Assembly: GCA_022646745.1 (NCBI GenBank) | Contig: CP060262.1 | Span: forward strand, 3,630,001 to 3,662,000 | Direction: 5' to 3' | Length of the DNA stretch: 32,000 bases | DNA from: Planctomycetales bacterium | Lineage (GTDB): Bacteria; 4484-113; JAFGCY01 | Shown here: one piece after another, positions 1 through 11,757 of the stretch | Layout: every line of letters begins with the position of its first letter | Numbering within the stretch: position 1 is the stretch's first letter | Program-made: the position numbers and the translations under genes | The notes under the pieces: model-generated | The model's input: the letters and a program-made list of their open reading frames with translations, nothing else | The model's database searches: none | Told to the model about the DNA's origin: nothing

Positions 1-106
1 GCGTAGGGCAGCACCTCTGCGTGCTGCCAAAGAATGGCAGGGCGTGGAAGCCCTGCCCTACATTATTCATTTCACCGCCGGCAATACCCCGAGCCTCCCC
101 GCTCCC

Positions 107-1558
<1,452 letters not shown>

Positions 1559-1657
1559 TCAAATTACCAATTACTGATATCACCTATATGATATCACCGT
1601 TTTGCAATCAGGCACCTACATGAGAATTGTGTAATTCCCCTAAAACGGGCAAACAGC

Positions 1658-2350
1658 TTAATGTTTGCGCGTATGCAGCAGGTTCGGCTTGCCCTCGCTG
1701 GCCAGCCTCTCCTGGATTTCCCAGTAACTCTTGCGGCTGGAGCTGTAGAAGCTGATCCCGTAAAGGCTGTTATATGGCACACGGGCCCACTCACGGTTCT
1801 CGGCATAGATCACCGGATCGTTGAACTCCAGTTCCAGCCCTTCCCCACCCATCAGGTACATGTTGAATGACTGCAGGCCGATCCGCAGGTCCTCAAAGGA
1901 TGTGTACTCCGGCGGGCAGATCTCAAAGAAGATGTCACCAGGTCCGAGTTGTGTGATGTCCGTACTGACAACCAGCGGTTGCCACTCATTCAGCGGGTTG
2001 AGTGGCCAGCTGTCAATCAGCCCTGGTTCCACAAGCAGGCTCAGGTCCTCATTGGTCCGGCCGATTTCCTCATCAAAGCCGCCGTTGACCCGTGCTTTGG
2101 CAAGGTAGACCAGCAGCAGCATGGAGTCAAGGTAGGCCTTCAGCTCCTCGTCGCCATAATCGCCGGCCCGCATGCGGTGGCCAAGCCCAGCCACTGTGGC
2201 GTTAAGGTCTGCAAGCTGCTGCACCTCACGTGCTTCGGCTTCCTCAGAACTGATCGAAGAACCGCAGGCATCCTCATCCTGTTGGGCAAGGGCAATGGAC
2301 AGGCTGCAGGCAATGACCGCAAAAGATACGATGAGCAGGCGAACCAGCAT
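1658..2350 (-). CDS. Secreted hypothetical protein
   Basis: Long ORF. GAGGAG lies about 7 nt upstream of ATG 2350. N-terminus MLVRLLIVSFAVIACSLSIALA looks like a signal peptide. No family recognised. Confidence 0.6.
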   Translation of the reverse strand: MLVRLLIVSFAVIACSLSIALAQQDEDACGSSISSEEAEAREVQQLADLNATVAGLGHRMRAGDYGDEELKAYLDSMLLLVYLAKARVNGGFDEEIGRTNEDLSLLVEPGLIDSWPLNPLNEWQPLVVSTDITQLGPGDIFFEICPPEYTSFEDLRIGLQSFNMYLMGGEGLELEFNDPVIYAENREWARVPYNSLYGISFYSSSRKSYWEIQERLASEGKPNLLHTRKH

Positions 2351-2471
2351 GAGCAACTCCTCTGCGATGGCTGAACCGAGCGCCACCGGCAATGGGAAAT
2401 GCTAACCCGGCAGCAGCCCCAAGGTCAAGTGCCAGAAGCCTTGGAATAGCCTGCGGCTGAAGCGGCAGCCA

Positions 2472-3626
2472 CTATTCGACCCAGCTCTTCCAGTAGTGCT
2501 TGTCCTCGATATCCAGGGCTGGCTTGGCAACCTTGAGCGGGCGGAATGTGTCAATCATCACCGCCTTCTCGTCCGTGTACTCCTTGCCGATGCTGCCCTC
2601 ATAGCGTCCGGGGTGCGGGCCGTGCGGGATGCCGTCCGGGTGCAGGGTCATGCTGCCCCACTCGATGCCCTTGCGGCTCATGAAGTCGGCGGAGAAGTAG
2701 TACAGCACCTCATCACTCATCACGTTTGAGTGGTAGTACGGTGCCGGGATCGCCTCCGGATGGAAGTCAAAGGGCCGCGGCGCGAAGTTGCAGACCACGA
2801 AGGCATCGCCCTGCAGGATCTGGTGGATCGGGGGCGGCTGGTGGATAGTGCCGGTGATCGGCTCGAAGTCATTGAAGTTGAACTTCCAGGGGAAGAAGAT
2901 CCCGTCCCAGCCCACGACGTCAATCGGATGGTGGTCAAGGATGAAGCGGTTCATGCCGCCGCGCTGGCGCACGCGCAGCTCGAATTCACCCTTCTCATCA
3001 CGCGGGTTGAGCTTCTCCGGACCGTGGATGTCACGCTCGGAGAAGGGCGCGCCCTCGATCAGCTGGCCGTATTCATTGCGGTAGCGCTTCGGGGTGCGCA
3101 GGTAGCTGTTGCTCTCAAGGATCAGCAGTTCGTTCTCCTTTGTGGAGAACTGCCAGCGGTGGATGATGCCCTGCGGGATGATCAGCTGGTCGTCCTGGCC
3201 GAAGCTTAAATCGCCCATCTGGGTCTCCAGCACGCCCTCACCCTTGGCAACGAAGACGTACTCATCCTGGCTGCCGTTGCGGTACCAGTAGTCATCGTTG
3301 ACATTCGGCTTGCTGTAGCAGATCGCGCAGTCATTGTTGAAGAAGATCGGCACGCGGTCCATCACCGGGCTGCCGGCGGCATGCAGCTGGGCCGTCATCA
3401 CATGCCGCATGCGCAGCATCGGATGGTCCTCCTCCTCGTAGACCCAGTTGCGCAGGTGTTCGGTGCGCAGCACGGCCGTCGGGGGGTGGATGTGGTAGAG
3501 CAGCGAGGCCGGGCCGGTGAAGCCGTAGTTGCCAATCAGGTGCTCCTGGTAAATGCCACCCTCAGCCTTGTGGTGCTGGATGTGGCGCTTCTTCGGAATG
3601 CTTCCCATTCTGTGATAGAAAGGCAT
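2472..3626 (-). CDS. hmgA: Homogentisate 1,2-dioxygenase (short, about 384 aa cupin type)
   Basis: N-terminus MPFYHRMGSIPKKRH..YQEHLIGNYGFTGP..LLYH and the cupin core LIIPQGIIHRW and HPDGIPHGPHPG resemble HGO. GAGGAG RBS before ATG 3626. Sits beside hppD and an FAH-family gene. Confidence 0.8.
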   Translation of the reverse strand: MPFYHRMGSIPKKRHIQHHKAEGGIYQEHLIGNYGFTGPASLLYHIHPPTAVLRTEHLRNWVYEEEDHPMLRMRHVMTAQLHAAGSPVMDRVPIFFNNDCAICYSKPNVNDDYWYRNGSQDEYVFVAKGEGVLETQMGDLSFGQDDQLIIPQGIIHRWQFSTKENELLILESNSYLRTPKRYRNEYGQLIEGAPFSERDIHGPEKLNPRDEKGEFELRVRQRGGMNRFILDHHPIDVVGWDGIFFPWKFNFNDFEPITGTIHQPPPIHQILQGDAFVVCNFAPRPFDFHPEAIPAPYYHSNVMSDEVLYYFSADFMSRKGIEWGSMTLHPDGIPHGPHPGRYEGSIGKEYTDEKAVMIDTFRPLKVAKPALDIEDKHYWKSWVE

Positions 3627-3665
3627 GTCTCTCCTCGCTATTGTGCTGTTGTCAGTTTGTCAGTG

Positions 3666-4445
3666 TCAGCCTGCGCTGGCAGCGGCTCCGGCGACCTTGT
3701 TGCTGATCTTGCCGAGGCCCTCGATCTCGAGATCGACGACGTCGCCACTCTTGATCCAGCCACCGGTGTTCTCCGGGCCAAGCTCCAGGATGCAGCCGGT
3801 GCCGACGGTACCGCTGCCGATCAGTTCGCCGGGATAGAGCGTCACGCCATTGGAGGCGCGCTCGATCATCTCGCCGAAGCTGAAGTGGATGCTGTTCCAG
3901 TTGCCACGGCTGATCTCCCTGCCGTTGACATGGCAGGTCATCTGCAGGTCGAAGCCCTTGCCGCTGCGCTTTGCCTCCAGCTCATCCGGAGTGACAAGCA
4001 CCGGGCCCAGCGTGGTGGCGAAGTCCTTGCCCTTGGCCGGACCGAGGTTCATCACCATCTCCGCCTTCTGAGCGTCGCGCAGGGACCAGTCGTTGATCAC
4101 GGTGTAGCCGAGGATGTACTGCTCGGCATCCTCCGCCTTGACGTTGCGGCACTCCCTGCCGATCACCGCCCCGACCTCCAGTTCGAAGTCCAGCCACTCA
4201 CCGGCGGAGGGGAACTGCAGGTCCTCACCGTCCAGCAGCAGGCTGTGCGAGTTGCTGAAATAGAACACGGCGATCTTGTACCAGTCAGGGATCATGTCAA
4301 CGCCGCGCCTGGCGCGGGCGGCCTTCACATGCTGCTCGAAGGCGTAGAAGTCGCGGAAGCTGCGGATCGGCAGGCGGCCGTCCGGGGTCTCGACGGCGAC
4401 CACGCCGCCTTCATTCGGGTTGATGCGTACGAAGTTGTATCTCAT
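3666..4445 (-). CDS. Fumarylacetoacetate hydrolase (FAH) family protein, short 259-aa form
   Basis: Blocks DFELEVGAVIG, GYTVINDWSLRD, GPAKGKDFATTLGP and GELIGSGTVGTG are typical of the FAH-domain fold. ATG 4445 lies 1 nt after the hppD stop (4447..4449), implying translational coupling. The longer 316-aa ORF start looks like an antisense-type extension. Confidence 0.8.
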   Translation of the reverse strand: MRYNFVRINPNEGGVVAVETPDGRLPIRSFRDFYAFEQHVKAARARRGVDMIPDWYKIAVFYFSNSHSLLLDGEDLQFPSAGEWLDFELEVGAVIGRECRNVKAEDAEQYILGYTVINDWSLRDAQKAEMVMNLGPAKGKDFATTLGPVLVTPDELEAKRSGKGFDLQMTCHVNGREISRGNWNSIHFSFGEMIERASNGVTLYPGELIGSGTVGTGCILELGPENTGGWIKSGDVVDLEIEGLGKISNKVAGAAASAG

Positions 4446-4446
4446 A

Positions 4447-5562
4447 TCAGAGGTTGCCCCTTCTCTCCTGCTCCTGCTCGATGGCCTCGAACAGCGCCTT
4501 GAAGTTACCCTTGCCAAAACCACGGCTGCCGCGGCGCTGGATGATCTCGAAGAACAGCGTCGGGCGGTCCTCCACCGGCTTCGTGAACAGCTGCAGCAGG
4601 TAGCCCTCGTCGTCACGGTCGATCAGCACGCGCAGTTCCTTCAGCACGTCCATTGGCTCCTTGATCTCCCCGATGCGCTCCGCGATGCCGTCGTAGTAGC
4701 TGCGGGGCACGTTGAGGAACTCCACGCCATTCTCGTAGAGCTTGGTCAGGGTCTCGATGATGTCGTCCGTCAGCAGGGCCACGTGCTGGGCACCGGCCCC
4801 CTCATAGAAGTCGATGTACTCCTCGATCTGGCTCTTCTTCTTGCCCTCGGCGGGCTCATTGATCGGGAACTTGATTGCGTATGTATTGTTGCTCATCACG
4901 ATGGACATCAGCGCGCTGTACTCAGTGGAAATGTCCTCGTCGTCAAAGGTGATGTAGCGGTGGAAGCCGAACACGTTCTCGTAGAACGCGGCCCACTCAT
5001 TCATGCGGCCCAGCTCAACGTTGCCAACGATGTGGTCGATGCGCAGGATGCCCGCGTCTCGCCCGGGGGCCTCGTTGACGGTGAATCCCGGCAGGAATGG
5101 CCCCTTGTAGTCGACGTGCTGGATCAGGCTGTGCACGGTGTCACCGTAGGTGCCGACAACAGCCCAGCGCACTGTGCCGTGCTCATCGGTCACGTCATGC
5201 GGCTCGACGATGCCCTTCGCTCCCTGGCTCGTGGCATAGGCGTAGGCCTTGTCGCAGTCGTCAACCTCGAAGGCGATGTCCTGCACACCGTCGCCATGCT
5301 TTGATAGGTGCTCGTTGATGCGGTGCCGTGAATTCAGAGGCGTCGTCAGCAGGAACACCGCATTGCCCTGGCGCAGGGCGTAGGATGTTGCCTCGCGGTT
5401 CTTCGTCTCGAGCCCGCTGTAGGCGAAGCGGCTGAAGCCGAAAGCGTTGCGGTAGTAGTAGTCAGCCTGCTTGGCGTTGCCCACCCAGAACTCGACGTGG
5501 TGCACCTGTTTCAGGCCGCAGGGGTTCTCGGTGCGTACCCTGTTCTCGCTAGTCACACTCAT
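4447..5562 (-). CDS. hppD: 4-hydroxyphenylpyruvate dioxygenase
   Basis: [98 protein letters not shown] are hallmark HPPD blocks. GGGAGG lies 6 nt upstream of ATG 5562. Confidence 0.92.
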   Translation of the reverse strand: MSVTSENRVRTENPCGLKQVHHVEFWVGNAKQADYYYRNAFGFSRFAYSGLETKNREATSYALRQGNAVFLLTTPLNSRHRINEHLSKHGDGVQDIAFEVDDCDKAYAYATSQGAKGIVEPHDVTDEHGTVRWAVVGTYGDTVHSLIQHVDYKGPFLPGFTVNEAPGRDAGILRIDHIVGNVELGRMNEWAAFYENVFGFHRYITFDDEDISTEYSALMSIVMSNNTYAIKFPINEPAEGKKKSQIEEYIDFYEGAGAQHVALLTDDIIETLTKLYENGVEFLNVPRSYYDGIAERIGEIKEPMDVLKELRVLIDRDDEGYLLQLFTKPVEDRPTLFFEIIQRRGSRGFGKGNFKALFEAIEQEQERRGNL

Positions 5563-5603
5563 GTAATGCCTCCCGTGACCGATGGGTCCTTGCATTTGAC
5601 ATG

Positions 5604-5644
5604 GAAAAGGTCACCCGCCCGGCATGAATGCCAAACGGATGACC
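5604..5644 (-). terminator. Possible rho-independent terminator or attenuator between the HDO-like gene and hppD
   Basis: On the minus strand GGTCATCCG...CGGGTGACC (9-bp stem with one G-U) encloses an inner GGCAT/TGCC hairpin and is followed by TTTT. Confidence 0.45.
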
Positions 5645-5664
5645 TTAATTCTAGTACGCGATTA

Positions 5665-6510
5665 TCAGGCCTGGGCCTTGGCGGCGATCTCGTTGCGCTG
5701 CTTCATCAGGCCGTCCCAGAACACCTGGGTGCCATCCAGCATTTCCATGCCGGCGCGGATGAACTCCTCCTGGTTGAACTCAGGCTCCTCGAACATCTCA
5801 TGAAGCTCGTCCCAGACGTGCTCCTTGTGCTGCTCCTCGATCTTGTCATGCCAGGTGAAGAAGGCCAGCGGGATCTCGGGGCACTTGTTGGCCTTGAAGT
5901 TCTCGAGGCCGGCGATCAGGTCCTTCCAGAAGCCGGCAGCGGCCCAGTTCTCGATGGCGAAGCTGGAACCCTGGGCGGCGTTGTAGTCATCAGCACCGAA
6001 CAGGCGGAACAGCTCGTCACAGAAGTGCAGGGTCTCCTTGGTGCCGTGCTTGCGCTTGCCCATGTCGTCGAAGGTCAGGCCGACGGGGGCGCCGAACTTC
6101 AGCAGCCACTCGAAGTGCGCGGCCTGGAAGCGGAAGGTACCACCCTGGACGGAGCCCTCGGTGCTGACCACGGCCGGGTCACCATCGCGGTCCTTGTCGG
6201 CATCGCTCATTTCGGCGGCGGGCGCGGCAGCCTTCTTGTTGTTGTAGATCACGCCCAGCTCGTTCATGAGGATTTCCTTGGTCTCACGGGCGCTCTCGAG
6301 GTTGCCGGCGTTGATCACGCGGTTGAGGCAGGCCAGCAGGAACAGGTTGCTGAACACGCTGAACTGCACGGCGAATGCCGCCACTTCCTCCTTGGTCAGG
6401 TCGGCGTCACGGAACCACTGGCAGTACTTGTTGTCAACGACAACGGGGTGCTGCATAAAGGTGTTCTCGATCTTCTCCTTGAACTGGTCAAAGGTCAGTT
6501 TCTCGGCCAT
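5665..6510 (-). CDS. Heme-oxygenase-like (TenA/PqqC/CADD-type) iron-containing redox enzyme family protein
   Basis: All-helical protein with FAIENWAAAGF and WHDKIEEQHKEH (H-x3-E-x2-H, the carboxylate/histidine motif of heme-oxygenase-like di-iron enzymes). GGGAGAG lies upstream of ATG 6510. Confidence 0.6.
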   Translation of the reverse strand: MAEKLTFDQFKEKIENTFMQHPVVVDNKYCQWFRDADLTKEEVAAFAVQFSVFSNLFLLACLNRVINAGNLESARETKEILMNELGVIYNNKKAAAPAAEMSDADKDRDGDPAVVSTEGSVQGGTFRFQAAHFEWLLKFGAPVGLTFDDMGKRKHGTKETLHFCDELFRLFGADDYNAAQGSSFAIENWAAAGFWKDLIAGLENFKANKCPEIPLAFFTWHDKIEEQHKEHVWDELHEMFEEPEFNQEEFIRAGMEMLDGTQVFWDGLMKQRNEIAAKAQA

Positions 6511-6726
6511 TCTGGTCTCTCCCTGGTTTGTATTGGTGTTCGGGCCGCGCACGGGGGCAGCCCCTGCATAGTATGTACCTAGTATATACGAAATGCTTTT
6601 GCAAAATGTTCGAGAAAGTGTCTCAATTGACCCGTTTCACACGCAATCTTTCTTATTAAGATTAAGCGCAAGCCCTGATGCGGGCTGAGACAAACGCGTG
6701 AAACAGGACCGGTTGCCAGTTTAGGT

Positions 6727-7212
6727 TCAGCCGCCCTGCTCCGCCTTCAGTTCCCCGATTGCCATCACGATCAGGTCCGTCATCACCGGCTCACCTCCTG
6801 CTTCACGGACGGAAGAGGCGACCTGCGCGCGGTGGTACTGACCGTGCAGCATGCTATGGGTCAGGATGTCGCCAAGGCGCACTGAGATGTGCATCCCCTT
6901 CGGGTTGACATAGCTGATCACCCGCGGCATGTCGTCTTCCGTCAGGCTATCGAGGTAAGCCGGCACAGCTAAATTCATCTCCGCCAGCAGGTCCTCCACC
7001 TCATTCCAGGAGAGGTCCGGCCAGGAATCCAGCTTGCCATCCGGCGTATCGTGGATCCGCCCAAGCCACATCTTCTTCGAGGTGAGGATGTGTGCCATCA
7101 GCTTGCGGCAGCGCTCGCTCTCCTCCGGCAGTGCGCGGGACATGTCGATCGCGCGGCGGTTGGCCCACAAGTCGTGGTGCAGCAGTCGCTTGAGCATTGG
7201 CAGCATTGACAT
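6727..7212 (-). CDS. DinB-family (DinB/YfiT-like four-helix bundle) protein
   Basis: N-terminal LLHHDLWANRR and C-terminal HSMLHGQYHRAQV (H..H.RGQ-like) are the DinB-family signature. Length is 161 aa. Confidence 0.75.
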   Translation of the reverse strand: MSMLPMLKRLLHHDLWANRRAIDMSRALPEESERCRKLMAHILTSKKMWLGRIHDTPDGKLDSWPDLSWNEVEDLLAEMNLAVPAYLDSLTEDDMPRVISYVNPKGMHISVRLGDILTHSMLHGQYHRAQVASSVREAGGEPVMTDLIVMAIGELKAEQGG

Positions 7213-7236
7213 GCGGCGATTATAGCGGAGTACGGA

Positions 7237-8307
7237 TCAGCCGCCGACGGCCCAGCCGTACTGGTAGGGCCAGGCCGGCTGCGCCTGCAGCTCTCGTGCC
7301 GCCTTGATCGCCCAGTATGGTTCGCGCAGCAGCTCACGGGCCAGGAGCACCATGTCCGCCCTGCCGCTGGCAATGATGTCCTCGGCCTGCTGCGCTTCGG
7401 TGATCATGCCGACCGCCATCGTAGGGATCCCAGCTTCGCTGCGAACGCGTTCTGCAATGTGCACCTGGTAGCCGGGGCCGACCGGGATGTCCGCCTTAGG
7501 GATGTTGCCACCGCTGCTGCAGTCAATGATGTCAACGCCAAGCTGCTTCAGCTCACGGGCATAGGCCACACTGTCATCGACTGTCCAGCCATCAGGATGC
7601 CAATCCGTGCCGCTGATCCGCACCGCCAGCGGCAGCTCATCCGGCCATACAGCACGCACCGCCTCCACCACTTCCAGCGGGAAGCGCATGCGGTTTTCGC
7701 GACTGCCGCCGTATTCATCAGAGCGGAGATTTGACAGCGGGGAAAGGAAGCTGTGCAGCAGGTAGCCATGGGCGTTGTGCACTTCCAGCAGCTTGAACCC
7801 CGCTCGTTGCGCGCGCAAGGCGGCATCGACCCACTTCTGCTTCAGTGTTGCCAGTTCAGAGACAGTCAGCTCATGCGGGATACGCCAGCCGGCATCAAAC
7901 GGTACTGCACTTGGCGCGACGGCCTGCCAGGCATCAGCTTCATCAACGATGCCGCGACCATCCGACGGGCGCTTCGTTCCGGCCTTGCGTCCGGCATGCG
8001 CGATCTGGATGGAGGGCACGGCCCCCTGGGATTCGATGAATGCCGCAACCAGGGTCCAGGCCGCGGCCTGCTCGTCATTCCAGATGCCGGCATCCTGTGG
8101 GCTGATCCTTCCTTCAGGCTCGACCGCGGAAGCCTCCGCAATAATCAGCGAACAGCCTCCGGCAGCACGCGAACCGAGATGGGACAAATGCCAGGCATTG
8201 GGCATGCCGTCCATTCCATCGCAGGAGTACATACACATCGGGCTCATGCCGATGCGGTTTCGCAGGGTGACTGAGCGCAGCTCAAGCGGTTCAAACAGTT
8301 GAGGCAT
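7237..8307 (-). CDS. namA: NADPH dehydrogenase / Old Yellow Enzyme, YqjM-NamA type ene-reductase
   Basis: LFEPLELRSVTLRNRIGMSPMCMYS, HAGRK, EVHNAHGYLLHSFLSPLSN.R.DEYGGS.ENR.RF and GRADMV..AREL are canonical OYE/YqjM blocks. Confidence 0.88.
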   Translation of the reverse strand: MPQLFEPLELRSVTLRNRIGMSPMCMYSCDGMDGMPNAWHLSHLGSRAAGGCSLIIAEASAVEPEGRISPQDAGIWNDEQAAAWTLVAAFIESQGAVPSIQIAHAGRKAGTKRPSDGRGIVDEADAWQAVAPSAVPFDAGWRIPHELTVSELATLKQKWVDAALRAQRAGFKLLEVHNAHGYLLHSFLSPLSNLRSDEYGGSRENRMRFPLEVVEAVRAVWPDELPLAVRISGTDWHPDGWTVDDSVAYARELKQLGVDIIDCSSGGNIPKADIPVGPGYQVHIAERVRSEAGIPTMAVGMITEAQQAEDIIASGRADMVLLARELLREPYWAIKAARELQAQPAWPYQYGWAVGG

Positions 8308-8328
8308 GAAGCCTATATATCACGAGGC

Positions 8329-9120
8329 TCAGTACATCCTTTCATCGGGAGCCGTATTGAAGTAGATCACGTAGCCATCGGTGTCCTTGAGTTCCGTACC
8401 CCAGCTGTCGTCACTTTCATGCCTGGCATCGTAGTTCAGCTCCAGCCCGGCTGACTTCAGGCGATCCGCAATCGCCTGTACATCGCCACCCCTGAAGTTG
8501 ATGATCTGCTTCGGCCAGCTGCCCTGGTGGTCCGTGGACATCAGAGCGATCTTGCACCAGCCGTCAGAAAGCACCACGAATCCGTACTGGCGCATATCCA
8601 GGCTGAGGGGCATCCCGAGCTGCACCCACCAGTCTATGCAGTCCATCAGGTTGTCAACGAAACAGCAGACGGACATTACGCCGAGCAGCGGCTGGCCCTC
8701 CCCCAGGCTGCCGTCGGAGTCGCCGACTGCCAGCCGGTTCCCGGCTGTGAAGCGCTCCAGTTCGTCAGGTGCAGTGTCCATGAACAGGCGATTGCCGGCC
8801 GGGTCATCCAGCATGAAGCTGCCGCTGCCCTGTCCGTTGGTCTTCGGTTCCGTGTGGAATGCAAAACCCAGTTCCCTGACCCTGGCTGCCAGCTCATCAA
8901 TGTTGGCACCACGGAAGTTGAGGGTCGTAGCTCCTTCCTCCCCATGGCCGCTGTAAAGGGCGAGCTCCGTGCCTGCATTGTGCATGATGGCCCAGCCCTG
9001 GGAGCGGTCGCCGTCAACCTGTACGAACCCGATCTTCTCATAGAAGTCGCAGGACTTCTCGATGTCAGCAACGTTGAGGCAGTAGTGCAGCCAGCCAAGT
9101 GGTTTCAGCTCATTTCCCAT
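8329..9120 (-). CDS. Two-domain VOC (glyoxalase/bleomycin-resistance/extradiol dioxygenase) family protein
   Basis: Two repeats of the beta-alpha-beta-beta-beta VOC pattern (HYCLNVADIEKSCDFYEKIGF...; FMLDDPAGNRLF; ...ELKDTDGYVIYF). AGGAG lies 6 nt upstream of ATG 9120. The track ORF starts 2 codons earlier at a TTG. Confidence 0.7.
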   Translation of the reverse strand: MGNELKPLGWLHYCLNVADIEKSCDFYEKIGFVQVDGDRSQGWAIMHNAGTELALYSGHGEEGATTLNFRGANIDELAARVRELGFAFHTEPKTNGQGSGSFMLDDPAGNRLFMDTAPDELERFTAGNRLAVGDSDGSLGEGQPLLGVMSVCCFVDNLMDCIDWWVQLGMPLSLDMRQYGFVVLSDGWCKIALMSTDHQGSWPKQIINFRGGDVQAIADRLKSAGLELNYDARHESDDSWGTELKDTDGYVIYFNTAPDERMY

Positions 9121-9195
9121 TGTCAACTCCTGTTCCTGTAGTTAATGCCGGCCCGTTCAATGTCAAGGATCTGTCCCACTTTCAACAGCTGGTTA

Positions 9196-11166
<1,971 letters not shown>

Positions 11167-11325
11167 ATGACTATTCTAGCGAGCAGGAGCGTAACCCTAA
11201 ACCCGTGCTACGCACTGCCGATATTGAAATTGGGTTACAAATGAGAGCAGTCAGGTAAATTGCCGATTAGATCGATGGTCGGCAAACCGGGCAAGTGCTA
11301 GCGTTTGTCTTGTACAGGTTCAAAA

Positions 11326-11715
11326 ATGAGCCTTCAGGGATTTTGTATGAGTGCTATCAGGGATGTCATGCAGGTCAAGGCGAACCATATCCCGGCCGGG
11401 ATAGGTGCCTGCTACGTGCGTTACAGGCTGCCCGCTGAAATAGACCCTTTCCTGCCTGGACTGTTCAACGATGCCGTCACAGTCTTCAGCCCGATGCAGG
11501 AATGCCAGGGAGATTGCATCTGCCTGATAGAAGCATGCAGCCCGGGCCGCTACTCCGCCTGCTCCTTCCAGGGCAGCGTGGAGCTGGAGGTCTATTTCGA
11601 AGCCGGGAGCACGAGTCTGCCTGAGCTGATCAGTGGTTTCGATGCCCGAATCGAGTCCGTTGGGCTGGGCAGCGTAGAACACAGCAGGCGGATCGAAACC
11701 GTTACTGCGGACTGA
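11326..11715 (+). CDS. Hypothetical protein (strand call uncertain)
   Basis: The plus frame has higher third-position GC than the overlapping minus ORF 11320..11778. ATG starts are available at 11326 and 11347. The minus ORF only has a TTG start and would overlap the aminotransferase. No family recognised. Confidence 0.4.
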   Translation: MSLQGFCMSAIRDVMQVKANHIPAGIGACYVRYRLPAEIDPFLPGLFNDAVTVFSPMQECQGDCICLIEACSPGRYSACSFQGSVELEVYFEAGSTSLPELISGFDARIESVGLGSVEHSRRIETVTAD

Positions 11716-11757
11716 CGGGAAGTCCAGCCCCAGGCTGGCAGCGGCTAGAATGAGCGC

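Noticed and set aside
3381-6582. Three long plus-strand ORFs (3381..4502, 4420..5304, 5497..6582)
   Set aside because: They are shadows of the hmgA, FAH, hppD and HDO genes. The minus-strand products have unmistakable family motifs, whereas the plus-strand products are low-complexity.
11191-11238. GTAACCC-N34-GGGTTAC inverted repeat in the divergent promoter region
   Set aside because: The arms are only 7 bp with a long spacer, which is plausibly chance. It is not supported by a second copy.
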